A stretch of DNA of 64,000 nucleotides from Candidatus Peregrinibacteria bacterium (GTDB lineage Bacteria; Patescibacteriota; Gracilibacteria; UBA1369; UM-FILTER-53-11): contig JACPMA010000017.1 of the NCBI GenBank assembly GCA_016186205.1, forward strand, positions 56,777 to 120,776, written 5' to 3'. The notes beneath the pieces were generated by a model, which saw only the letters and a list, made by a program, of their open reading frames with translations, had not been told where the DNA came from and made no database searches. A program made the translations under genes and the position numbers. This document shows, in pieces, positions 55,342 to 64,000 of this stretch (its first letter is position 1; each line of letters begins with the position of its first letter).

Positions 55342-57309
55342 ATGTCTCAAAAGTTCCAGCTTGTTGCGCCTTTCAAGCCGACCGGCGATCAGCCGCAGGC
55401 CATTGAAAAATTGGTGTCTGGGTTAAAATCCGGAAAAAAACATCAAACTTTACTCGGCGTAACTGGATCCGGTAAAACTTTTTCTGTCGCTTCAGTAATA
55501 GAACAGGTGCAAAAACCGACGCTAATCATTTCGCATAATAAAACGCTTGCCGCGCAGCTTTTTGGCGAATTCAAAGAATTTTTTCCAAAGAATGCGGTTG
55601 ATTATTTTGTTTCTTATTATGATTACTATCAGCCCGAAGCATATCTTCCGGCAACAGACACCTATATCGAAAAAGATGCGGCGATTAATGAAGAAATAAA
55701 TAAATTCCGCCATGCTGCGACCATGCATCTTTTGACGCGACGCGACGTCATTATTGTGGCTTCTGTATCATGTATTTATGGCCTCGGTTCGGTCTCAAAG
55801 TATGAGGCGCTTGCGATCACTTTGAAAAAAGGCGAACAATTTCAGCGCGATAAATTGCTTCGCAGGCTCACCGATATTCAATACACGCGCAGTCAAATGG
55901 AGTTCAAGCAGGGCATGTTTCATGTGCTTGGCGATACGGTTGAAATTTTTCCGCCAGGCCAAGATACGATTTTCCGCTTGGAATTTTTCGGCGATGAAAT
56001 CGAAAATATTGCGGAGGCGGATTCTTTTACCGGCGAAGTTATTCGCGAGATGGAAGAGGTGACGATTTTTCCCGCAAAGCATGATGTGACCACCGAAGAC
56101 CGCATTAAAAAAGCCGTAGATGGAATTCGCATAGATCTTGATGAACGCGTGAAGCAACTCCAAAAAATGGGGAAGAATTTGGAAGCTGAGCGCATAAAAA
56201 CGCGCACGGAATATGACATCGAAATTTTACTTGAAACCGGTTATTGCACAGGAATTGAAAATTATACGCGCTACTTGAATCTGCGCGAACCCGGCGTGGA
56301 GCCGGACACGCTGCTTGATTATTTTCCAGATGATTTTTTGCTTATTATCGACGAGTCGCATATGACTGTTCCGCAAATCGGCGGAATGCACAATGGGAAT
56401 TTTTCGCGCAAGCAGACGCTCATAAATTACGGTTTTCGGCTTCCATCAGCCCACGATAATCGGCCGCTAAAGTTTGAGGAGTTTGAAAAGCACATGAAGC
56501 AGACGATTTATATTTCCGCGACGCCGGCTGAATTTGAAATGAAAAAATCGAAAGGAAATATTGCCGAGCAGATTGTGAGGCCGACAGGCTTGATTGATCC
56601 GCAAGTGGAAGTGCGTCCTTCAAAAGGACAGATTCAGGATCTTATTGAGGAAATTAAAAAGCGCGTGAAGTCGAAAGAAAGAACGCTTATCACGACGCTT
56701 ACAAAACGTTCGGCTGAAGATCTTACTGATTATCTTGTTGACGCCGGATTTAAAGTGAAATATCTGCATTCTGACATTGAAACGCTTGAGCGCGTGGAAA
56801 TTCTGCGCGATCTGCGTTTGGGAAAAATAGACGTGCTCGTCGGTATTAATCTGCTTCGCGAAGGACTTGATCTTCCAGAAGTTTCTTTCATCGCCATTCT
56901 TGATGCTGATAAGCAGGGATTTTTGCGTTCTACTCCGGCGCTCATCCAAACCATCGGTCGTTGCGCGCGCAATGTGAACGGTTTTGTCGTGATGTACGGG
57001 GATAAAATGACAGATGCCATGAAAGGCGCTCTTAATGAGACCGAGCGCCGCCGCAAGATCCAAATGGAATACAATAAAAAGCACGGTATTACGCCGCAAA
57101 CGATCGTGAAGGCAATACGCGAAATTCAACTGCCGAAGAAAAAAGAGAAAAAACATATCGATACGAAAAAAATCCCGCGCGAAGAGATGGGACGGTTTAT
57201 CAAAATGCTTGAAGATCAGATGGAAATAGCATCGCAGAATATGGAATTCGAAAAAGCCGCTGAACTGCGTGATGAAATCGACGAAATCCGGAGAAAAATG
57301 AAAATCTAA
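55342..57309 (+). CDS. uvrB: Excinuclease ABC subunit B
   Basis: GDQP.AI, LLGVTGSGKT, YYDYYQPEAY, IDESH, GINLLREGLD.PEV, C-terminal UVR motif. Confidence 0.98.
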   Translation: MSQKFQLVAPFKPTGDQPQAIEKLVSGLKSGKKHQTLLGVTGSGKTFSVASVIEQVQKPTLIISHNKTLAAQLFGEFKEFFPKNAVDYFVSYYDYYQPEAYLPATDTYIEKDAAINEEINKFRHAATMHLLTRRDVIIVASVSCIYGLGSVSKYEALAITLKKGEQFQRDKLLRRLTDIQYTRSQMEFKQGMFHVLGDTVEIFPPGQDTIFRLEFFGDEIENIAEADSFTGEVIREMEEVTIFPAKHDVTTEDRIKKAVDGIRIDLDERVKQLQKMGKNLEAERIKTRTEYDIEILLETGYCTGIENYTRYLNLREPGVEPDTLLDYFPDDFLLIIDESHMTVPQIGGMHNGNFSRKQTLINYGFRLPSAHDNRPLKFEEFEKHMKQTIYISATPAEFEMKKSKGNIAEQIVRPTGLIDPQVEVRPSKGQIQDLIEEIKKRVKSKERTLITTLTKRSAEDLTDYLVDAGFKVKYLHSDIETLERVEILRDLRLGKIDVLVGINLLREGLDLPEVSFIAILDADKQGFLRSTPALIQTIGRCARNVNGFVVMYGDKMTDAMKGALNETERRRKIQMEYNKKHGITPQTIVKAIREIQLPKKKEKKHIDTKKIPREEMGRFIKMLEDQMEIASQNMEFEKAAELRDEIDEIRRKMKI

Positions 57310-58691
57310 AAGAAAACAGGGGAGAGATCAGGCTGTTCCCCTGGGCGTGGCTTTTTCTGCGGCGGTTGCGGGAGAAATCCGTTTTGCGCCAAGCTAGAAA
57401 ATATAAGCTCAAAATGAGCAATGGCATCAGCGAGTTTTTGCAGCTCTGAACGGAGCCTTTCCGGCGTGCCGCCATAAAGATATGTCTCCACGCTTACTTC
57501 TGTTTGAGCAACGGCTGTCAAAAGTTCATCAATTACTTCCGGTGGAAAGAATTCATGCGCTTTCAGGCGTCCGAAAAGATCAACAATGCTTGTATAGCCT
57601 ATAACTTTTCCAAGACTCCGTTTATTCATTTTTTCTTTTCCTTCCAAAAGTCTGGTGATATGCGCATGCGCATCCGAAAACATAATCAGTATCTGCATGA
57701 AATCCTCGCAGCGCTGTTTGCGCGCAGGACTTTGATTTTCATTTTCGCGATAGCGGCGCAATCCTTCCGCTAAACAGTCGCCAAGAAATATAAACATTCG
57801 TTCTTCCGGCGTGGTTTCACCGCTGTCGTTTACAAACGGCAAATCCATAAGCGTACGGCCAAGTTCTTCTTCCAGGCGCTGTATAGCAACGTTTTTTTCA
57901 TAGGTGAATTCGCCGGAGCGCTGGAATGTTCTTTGCACCTCGCGAACTGCAGATGCGACTGCATTCATGCGTTCTTGTGGGTTTGTTTCAGAGCAAATTA
58001 TGACGGCAAGCTGCGGAGCGATTCGCATAAAATACTTAATAAACAGTTCGGCTTTACGCTGGATGTCTTTTCTAAAATCGGCATTCCCTTGATGCAGGAG
58101 CGCTAGTGCATCAGGTAATTCCATATCGCCGTTAATTTGAGTAATTTTTGTAATAATTCTCAACGCCGCTGAAAGTTTTTTCATGCTCCGCAAAAAAGTT
58201 TGGAAAAAATATTTTACGTCTTTGTTTCTGTCGAAAGCAAAAAGACATTCTTGCACCGCAGCAAGGAGGTCGAAGTAGAGCGATTCACCAATGCGTTTTA
58301 TGATCGGATTTTGGAACGTTTGAAGATGCCCCATAAAAGGTCTGAAAAGTTGAGTCTCAAGGTCGCGCGCAGTATCCTCAAATTCTTTTTGTTGATCAGG
58401 ATCGCCAAGAATTTTTCTGTCGTGAAATACGTTGCCGCCAGCAAGCACTTCGTGGACTTTGAGGCCGACTTCTTTTGCAACCGTGAGATGCGGGCCAAAA
58501 CGGACTTCACTTAATCTTACAAGGTCGCCTAAATTTCTTCCTATGTCCGTTGCTGATTGTGGCGTCTGCAGAAGATTTCTCTGGAATCCGGTATTTTGCA
58601 TTCTTCGGATGCGCGTAAGCTCTTCCGGAGGTATTTCTGTCGGAGTTGATCTATTCCGTTGTCTATCTAAAGATAAGATATTGTTAACCAT
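57306..58691 (-). CDS. Hypothetical all-helical protein
   Basis: 461-aa ORF; no motif recognised. Confidence 0.65.
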   Translation of the reverse strand: MVNNILSLDRQRNRSTPTEIPPEELTRIRRMQNTGFQRNLLQTPQSATDIGRNLGDLVRLSEVRFGPHLTVAKEVGLKVHEVLAGGNVFHDRKILGDPDQQKEFEDTARDLETQLFRPFMGHLQTFQNPIIKRIGESLYFDLLAAVQECLFAFDRNKDVKYFFQTFLRSMKKLSAALRIITKITQINGDMELPDALALLHQGNADFRKDIQRKAELFIKYFMRIAPQLAVIICSETNPQERMNAVASAVREVQRTFQRSGEFTYEKNVAIQRLEEELGRTLMDLPFVNDSGETTPEERMFIFLGDCLAEGLRRYRENENQSPARKQRCEDFMQILIMFSDAHAHITRLLEGKEKMNKRSLGKVIGYTSIVDLFGRLKAHEFFPPEVIDELLTAVAQTEVSVETYLYGGTPERLRSELQKLADAIAHFELIFSSLAQNGFLPQPPQKKPRPGEQPDLSPVFF

Positions 58692-58772
58692 ATAGTCATA
58701 ATTTGTATACCAAACAAGATATATCTTATAACAGATTGATATTCATATGTCAATATGATAGTATGGCGCCGC

Positions 58773-59618
58773 ATGAAAACTGCCACGAAAACTGTGCTAA
58801 AAAGTTTTTTGCCTCGAAGAGTGCGCACTTTTTTAAAAACAGGTTTTTATAGCTTTTTGGATGCAGTAGATCTTATACGTGGAGCCGACCCAATGATTCC
58901 TCCGCGGCGTTTTTATTATATCGGCAGCGGTGATTTTAAAAAAATCGGCGAGGATTATCTAACGCGCTTTATTCGAGATTGCGGACTTACACATGCCTCA
59001 AAAGTTCTCGATATTGGCTGCGGCAGCGGCCGTTTAGCAGTACCGTTAACTAAATATTTGAATGAGCAAGGAAGCTATGACGGATTTGATATTGATCCCA
59101 GAGGAATATTGTGGTGCACAAAAAACATAACTGCCAAATACCCGAATTTTCGTTTCTGCGTAAGCGATATTTATAATAAAGAATACAACACGTTCGGAAA
59201 ATATTCGGCAAAAGAATATCGATTTCCTTATAAGGATTCTTCGTTTGATTTGGTTGCATTAACTTCAGTCTTCACGCATATGCTTCCGGACGATATAGCT
59301 CATTATCTTGCGGAAATCGCCCGCGTGCTAAAGCCAGGAGGAAAAGTACTCGCCACCTATTTTCTTTTTAATAAAAAAAGCGGCTATCTTAATACAATCC
59401 GCGGCACGCTGAATTTTGCTTATGACTGCGATATATATCGCACTATAAGCGATGAAATTCCTGAAGCAGCGATAAGTTTTGATGAGGAATATATTTTGGG
59501 TTTATATAAAGATGCAGGCTTATCGATGGCTGGGCCTATTGAATACGGCGCGGAGACGGGAAGGCAAGATATTATTCTGGGGGAAACCAAGGTTTCCCCC
59601 ACGAGCTCGCCTCGCTGA
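58773..59618 (+). CDS. Class I SAM-dependent methyltransferase (C-terminus supplied by a repeat element)
   Basis: VLDIGCGSGR, Y.GFDI, FD.V...SVFTHM, RVLKPGG. Confidence 0.88.
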   Translation: MKTATKTVLKSFLPRRVRTFLKTGFYSFLDAVDLIRGADPMIPPRRFYYIGSGDFKKIGEDYLTRFIRDCGLTHASKVLDIGCGSGRLAVPLTKYLNEQGSYDGFDIDPRGILWCTKNITAKYPNFRFCVSDIYNKEYNTFGKYSAKEYRFPYKDSSFDLVALTSVFTHMLPDDIAHYLAEIARVLKPGGKVLATYFLFNKKSGYLNTIRGTLNFAYDCDIYRTISDEIPEAAISFDEEYILGLYKDAGLSMAGPIEYGAETGRQDIILGETKVSPTSSPR

Positions 59619-59700
59619 GCGAGGACTCGCCCCCCTTCCTTTTGCTCGCTCGGACTGGCAGAGCCAGATCCTCGCTCATGAGGAGGCGAGATCGTGGTGC
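59578..59700 (-). repeat. Composite palindromic element (family-P core plus a tRNA-repeat submotif)
   Basis: Reverse complement of 59578-59645 is near-identical to 34806-34871; ACTGGCAGAGCCAGAT at ~59654-59669 is shared with the tRNA-linked repeat. Confidence 0.8.
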
Positions 59701-59713
59701 GAAAATCCAAGGT

Positions 59714-62101
59714 TTACCCCAGAATAAAAAGCTTGCCGTAGTCCCTGTTTTTAAGGCGGCTGTCTAAAAGGTAGCAGGTTTTTGATTTATTTTGTGCGCT
59801 TTTGCCGAGCTCTGCGAGGATTTCGCGAAAGCGTGTTATGGCGCGCGGAAGAGTGTATTGCTCGAAACCGTTTTCAAATTGTTTTGAGCGATTGGCGAGA
59901 ATCGGATCATTCGGCGGATCAAAAGGAATTTTTTGAAACACGGCTATGTCGATGTCGTTTTCGATTTCCTGGAGATTTGGAAGAATTTGGTTTGTGGAAA
60001 GCAGCGCGGATTTTTCAGGATTTTCTTTGAAGAGAGCAAGCGATTTTCCTTTGCCGCCGGACGGACCCATGGCGAGAAGCCGGATTCCAATCGGCTGGAT
60101 TTTCGGAAGGAGCGCTTGATACATTGCTGCAACGGTTTTTTTGGAGCTTAAAAGGAAAAGTACACGGCCCCTTTTTTCACAAATAATTTCAGTGAAGAGT
60201 TTTATGCAGCGTTTGAAATAGCCTTCGGAATACGGTTCCGGAAAATCATCGGGGATTTTAATATTGAGATTTCCGTAGCCCGTATTTTGTATTTCGCGTT
60301 CCATTTTTATTTCTTTCCATTCCGAACCAAATTCAAAAAGTTCTCGTATGAGTCGAAAACTTCCGTCACCGCTCAATGCTTCGCTTTGAAGGATTATTTT
60401 CTGGAATGACTGTGTGCATTTTTGAAAATATTCAGCAATGAGAATTGGAGCTTGATGAAAAACGAGTTCGTTGGCGGAAGCCCGGATCCAATTTGCGGTA
60501 TTTGGCTGCGGTTTAAATACTTCAGCGAGTTTTTCTTTTGTTGGATGATCCGGGAGGTTTGCAAGGGCGATTAACACGCGTTTCCATTCATGAGTTTGCC
60601 GTAATTCATCATCAAGAATCACATTTCCTTTAAAGCCGGCTTCATCTTCGCTGACAAAACGTTCATAAAAAATTCCCATGAGTCCGAATAGCATGGCTGC
60701 TTTTTCTCCAAAAATCGGACGAAGGTTGATTTCGGTAAACCGTTTAAAAAAAGCATTTGTAAAAGAATCTTCCAGACGGGAAGCTTCCGCGATGATGAGG
60801 CTGCGGCGCTGTTGTTGGTGCTGTATGCCGTCCGTGAGTTTTTCCGCAATGCCGCGGGCCAAAGCGTATTGATGTATTAATACGATAAAACAATGGGAAG
60901 CGGTTTTAAGCGCTTTTTTCCAGAAAATATCTTGCCCTTCTTCATCGGCGAGAAGATCAAAGAGCGGGAATTCTTCACGATCGAGCGAAAGTTCGTCGCG
61001 ATCGCCGGTTTCGGTTGTTTCATTCCACAGAATCATTTTGAGGAGAAAAGGCGTTTCTTCGGCCGGGAAATTGTGTTGTTTTAATTTTGACGCGAGTTTT
61101 TTCGGCGAAATATAAAAATTCGGTTCTTTAAGCGTAGCTGTGGAGAGATTTAATGACGCGGCAGCGCGGAGGATTTCATCGCGCTTGCGCGTCGTATTGT
61201 AGGCAACGAGGATAGGTTGCTCTTTGAGTTTTTGAAATGGAATTTCAGCAGCAGATTCCAGTAAAATTTTTTGACCGGAGAGAAATTGCGTAATTATTTC
61301 ATCATTCCATAATTGATTAGGCGCGGCGGTTCTGATCCATCCCTCGCTCGGTACGGCGTTCTCGCGGCCAGCGCCGCGAGCCGCCATAAGGCGCATCCGC
61401 CCGCTCCGCTTTCGCGTATGCGCCTCGCACTCGGCCTTGCCGCCCCGACGTACGTCGGGGACCTTGCCGGCAAGGCCTCCGTGAGCCTCGCTCGGAATGG
61501 ACACAGAACCGCCGCGCCTAGAAAATAATTCTTTTCCAGTCCACCCCGATTTTTCCAACACAGCCTGAATTTTTCCCATAGCCGCCTGCGGAATTTCGGC
61601 AATTCGGCCAAGCAAAAATTCAAAAAATTCCACCGTAGTCTCGCAATCCACCATCGCGCGGTGGCTATCGCGGAGCGTCAATCCATATTTTTTCATTAAA
61701 ACCTCCAATGCATACGATGATTCTTTCAAAAGTAAAATCCGCGCCAGTGCGACAGTGTCTATTTCCGGATTTTTCACTTCCGCGTGATGCGAGCGCAGAA
61801 AAGCCGTATCAAAAGCAATATTATGTCCGACGATCGGCAAGCCACCGGCAAATTCCAGCACATTCTTTTTTATATCGGCAAAAAGCGGCGCAGTTTTGAC
61901 ATCCTCATTTTTAATTCCCGTCAGCAACGTTATTTCATATGGCAAAGGAACGCGCGGATTTACGAGCGATTCCCATTGTTTGATAATTTTGCCATTTTCC
62001 CATTGAATTGCCGCTACTTCAATAATATGGTCTCGGCTTGGATCTATACCTGTTGTTTCTGTATCAAGAAAAATGAACGGTCCCATAGCAGTCCGTTTCA
62101 C
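59714..62101 (-). CDS. DnaQ-type 3'-5' exonuclease fused to a degenerate DinG-like helicase
   Basis: DTETTG, GHN..FD, HRA..D; DinG-like C-terminus (K.PF..P.DP, LP.A, LDSR); Walker A and DEAH motifs degenerate. Confidence 0.85.
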   Translation of the reverse strand: MKRTAMGPFIFLDTETTGIDPSRDHIIEVAAIQWENGKIIKQWESLVNPRVPLPYEITLLTGIKNEDVKTAPLFADIKKNVLEFAGGLPIVGHNIAFDTAFLRSHHAEVKNPEIDTVALARILLLKESSYALEVLMKKYGLTLRDSHRAMVDCETTVEFFEFLLGRIAEIPQAAMGKIQAVLEKSGWTGKELFSRRGGSVSIPSEAHGGLAGKVPDVRRGGKAECEAHTRKRSGRMRLMAARGAGRENAVPSEGWIRTAAPNQLWNDEIITQFLSGQKILLESAAEIPFQKLKEQPILVAYNTTRKRDEILRAAASLNLSTATLKEPNFYISPKKLASKLKQHNFPAEETPFLLKMILWNETTETGDRDELSLDREEFPLFDLLADEEGQDIFWKKALKTASHCFIVLIHQYALARGIAEKLTDGIQHQQQRRSLIIAEASRLEDSFTNAFFKRFTEINLRPIFGEKAAMLFGLMGIFYERFVSEDEAGFKGNVILDDELRQTHEWKRVLIALANLPDHPTKEKLAEVFKPQPNTANWIRASANELVFHQAPILIAEYFQKCTQSFQKIILQSEALSGDGSFRLIRELFEFGSEWKEIKMEREIQNTGYGNLNIKIPDDFPEPYSEGYFKRCIKLFTEIICEKRGRVLFLLSSKKTVAAMYQALLPKIQPIGIRLLAMGPSGGKGKSLALFKENPEKSALLSTNQILPNLQEIENDIDIAVFQKIPFDPPNDPILANRSKQFENGFEQYTLPRAITRFREILAELGKSAQNKSKTCYLLDSRLKNRDYGKLFILG
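61318..61520. mobile_element. MITE-like element with terminal inverted repeats, inserted in frame in the exonuclease-DinG gene
   Basis: TA-GGCGCGGCGGTTCTG ... CAGAACCGCCGCGCC-TA; 199 nt plus one TA = 201 nt (67 codons); internal palindromes. Confidence 0.85.
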
Positions 62102-62155
62102 TTTATCTGAAACTTCGATTTAGTGTAAGATAAATTCCTCCACCTGCGCAATCTT

Positions 62156-63775
62156 ATGAAGCAAATTTTACAAACAACGTTTTCTGTTTTTCTTTTCGTA
62201 TTACTCGTATTTTTCTCTCTCGGCGTTGAAACTGTTTTTGCCCATCATGAGACGCCTTTTTCTGACGTTTCGTCATCGCACCCGAATTATACTGCGATCG
62301 AATATTTCCGCGTGCGGAATATGGCGAAAGGATATAACGATGGGGATTTTCATCCGGGCCGGCGAATTAATCGCGCGGAATTTATTGCCATGATTACAAG
62401 AATAATTGCAGTCGATCCTGACGAAGATGAATTTAAAAATTGTTTCTCTGATGTAAAAAAACAGTGGTTTGCGGATGAGGTTTGTTATGCAAAATCGGAA
62501 GGTTGGCTTGACGGATTGATTTCCGGACGCTTGTTCCGGCCTTCAAAAAAAGTCAGCGCTTCGGAAGCTAATAAAATCGCAACACGAGCTTTTGATATTT
62601 ATAACATTAATGCCGATAACAATTTTATCGGTTCGCTCACGCGCGGCGATGCTGCGCAAATGCTCTATCAAGTTATGTTGGCAGCTATACAAAAAGGAAC
62701 CTATGCCGCGCAGAGCCAATATTACACTCCGACTGTCGGCGCTATAAATCCTTATACGGTAAGTCTTCCGCCGGGCTATGGGACGCCGTGGGTTCCATCC
62801 GGCGTTTCAACGCAGCAATATACGCCTCCAGTTTCTTCTTATTCATATTCGCCACCATACTCGCCTCCCTATTTGCCTCCGTCACCGCAATCACGGGTCT
62901 ATGCTCCATATGCCGATATGGGACTTTGGCCAACATTTAATATGACCCAGACAGCGAATGCCACAGGAGTAAAATTTTACACCATGGCTTTTATCAACAG
63001 CCGAGGATGCGATGCCGCATGGTTTGGCATCGTGTCTTTGAATGATTCTCTCGCAAATCAAATCGGAACCGATATAAATTCCCTGCGCATGCTTGGCGGC
63101 GATGTAATTGTTTCCTTTGGCGGCGCCACAGGAATCGAATTAGCCAATGCGTGTTCGACCGTTACGGAACTCCAAGCGCAATATCAGCGAGTTATAACGA
63201 AGTATGCGCTCCGCCGAATTGATTTTGATATTGAAGGAGCTGCCATTGCCGATACAGCGGCAAATGACAGACGAGCGCAAGCCATCGCCGGCTTGCAAGC
63301 GGCAAATAGTAATCTTGATGTTTCTTTTACGCTTCCGGTTTTGCCTACCGGTTTGACGCAGCACGGCATTGATTTTTTAAAGAATGCGGCACAACGAGGC
63401 GTTGCTTTCAGCACGGTAAATATCATGACGTTTGATTATGGTTCCGCATACCCCGGCGATATGGGCGACCTTGCAATTGCAGCCGCCCACGCCACAGCCG
63501 ATCAACTTGCATCTGTATATCCGAACCGAACGCTTTCCCAAAGGAGAGCCATGATCGGTGTTACGCCGATGTTTGGCAAAGACGATCAGCAAAGAGAATT
63601 TACTCAAACTGATGCGCAGGAAGTGCTTGTTGCAGCAAAAGCTGAAAATTGGGCGAGGCTTTCAGGCTGGGGGATTCACAGGGATCATTTCTGTACTAGC
63701 GCTAATAGCCTCGTATGCAGCGGTATTGCTCAACAGGATTTTGCATTTTCGAATATCTTCAAACAGTTTCCGTAA
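62156..63775 (+). CDS. SLH-domain surface protein with a Pro/Ser/Tyr linker and a C-terminal GH18 chitinase-like domain
   Basis: Signal peptide, SLH repeats, APY.D, SFGG, IDFDIEG (DxDxE), TLPVLP.GL, VNIM.FDYG. Confidence 0.88.
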   Translation: MKQILQTTFSVFLFVLLVFFSLGVETVFAHHETPFSDVSSSHPNYTAIEYFRVRNMAKGYNDGDFHPGRRINRAEFIAMITRIIAVDPDEDEFKNCFSDVKKQWFADEVCYAKSEGWLDGLISGRLFRPSKKVSASEANKIATRAFDIYNINADNNFIGSLTRGDAAQMLYQVMLAAIQKGTYAAQSQYYTPTVGAINPYTVSLPPGYGTPWVPSGVSTQQYTPPVSSYSYSPPYSPPYLPPSPQSRVYAPYADMGLWPTFNMTQTANATGVKFYTMAFINSRGCDAAWFGIVSLNDSLANQIGTDINSLRMLGGDVIVSFGGATGIELANACSTVTELQAQYQRVITKYALRRIDFDIEGAAIADTAANDRRAQAIAGLQAANSNLDVSFTLPVLPTGLTQHGIDFLKNAAQRGVAFSTVNIMTFDYGSAYPGDMGDLAIAAAHATADQLASVYPNRTLSQRRAMIGVTPMFGKDDQQREFTQTDAQEVLVAAKAENWARLSGWGIHRDHFCTSANSLVCSGIAQQDFAFSNIFKQFP

Positions 63776-63781
63776 GGCCTT

Positions 63782-64000
63782 TTATAAATTTATTTCAAGA
63801 AGAGCGATTTCCGGCGGAACGAGGAGCCGCGCGCGAGGGCCGGTTTCACCGAGACCGCTTGTAATGAACATTTGCGTTTCGCCGAATTGAAAAAGTCCGC
63901 GATCGTATTTTCGCCCGAGTTTATCAGGAATAGGCGGAACAGAACCGAGCCATGGAAGCCGTATTTGTCCTCCGTGGGTATGTGCTGCGAGTACTAAATC
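63782..64000 (-). CDS. Metallophosphoesterase (3' end only; start lies outside the window)
   Basis: Hand translation DLVLAAHTHGGQIRLP...ITSGLG...R...PPEI...*. Confidence 0.85.
   Translation of the reverse strand, partial: DLVLAAHTHGGQIRLPWLGSVPPIPDKLGRKYDRGLFQFGETQMFITSGLGETGPRARLLVPPEIALLEINL

Noticed and set aside
63806-63860. GC-rich stretch resembling the palindromic repeats
   Set aside because: Explained by the metallophosphoesterase C-terminal motif (GLGETGPRARLLVPPEI) on the minus strand.
1-64000. Alternative genetic code (UGA=Gly, as in Gracilibacteria/Absconditabacteria)
   Set aside because: Conserved genes are full length under code 11, and several end in TGA at expected positions with ATGA overlaps (folP/queD, transketolase-N/queF, prs/rpiB).

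Overview
A 64-kb, gene-dense bacterial chromosome segment using the standard code (TGA acts as stop, including ATGA overlaps). It is most consistent with a Patescibacteria/CPR genome, probably Peregrinibacteria-like. That assignment is an inference from the SLH-domain proteins, many orphan helical proteins, near absence of Shine-Dalgarno motifs, and extended -10 boxes just before start codons. Content: four tRNAs (Ser-GGA, Thr-GGT, Trp-CCA, Arg-GCG); rpmB, rpmG, uvrB, ndk and a class B PBP; a polyamine cluster (DHS-like, aguB, aguA); a Ni-SOD operon; msrAB; and an interleaved folate / preQ1 / pentose-phosphate region interrupted by toxin-antitoxin pairs. Most notable observations: (1) An 84-aa exported precursor with its own promoter carries three synonymously diverged GISPEPF-GR(R) repeats (prohormone/Phr-like architecture) and sits tail-to-tail with a TPR-like protein, making a candidate peptide-signalling or multicore-peptide system. 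(2) Several families of GC-rich palindromic elements occur both between genes and in frame inside pabB, folK and an exonuclease-DinG gene; one ~100-bp family is docked at tRNA ends. (3) There is a PRMT-type arginine methyltransferase. (4) A CExPHGH dual-function QueD/PTPS-III lies next to a CYTH enzyme. (5) A >749-aa methyltransferase-like/GATase-like fusion is missing from the ORF track. All functional calls rest on motif recognition by eye; no database searches were run.
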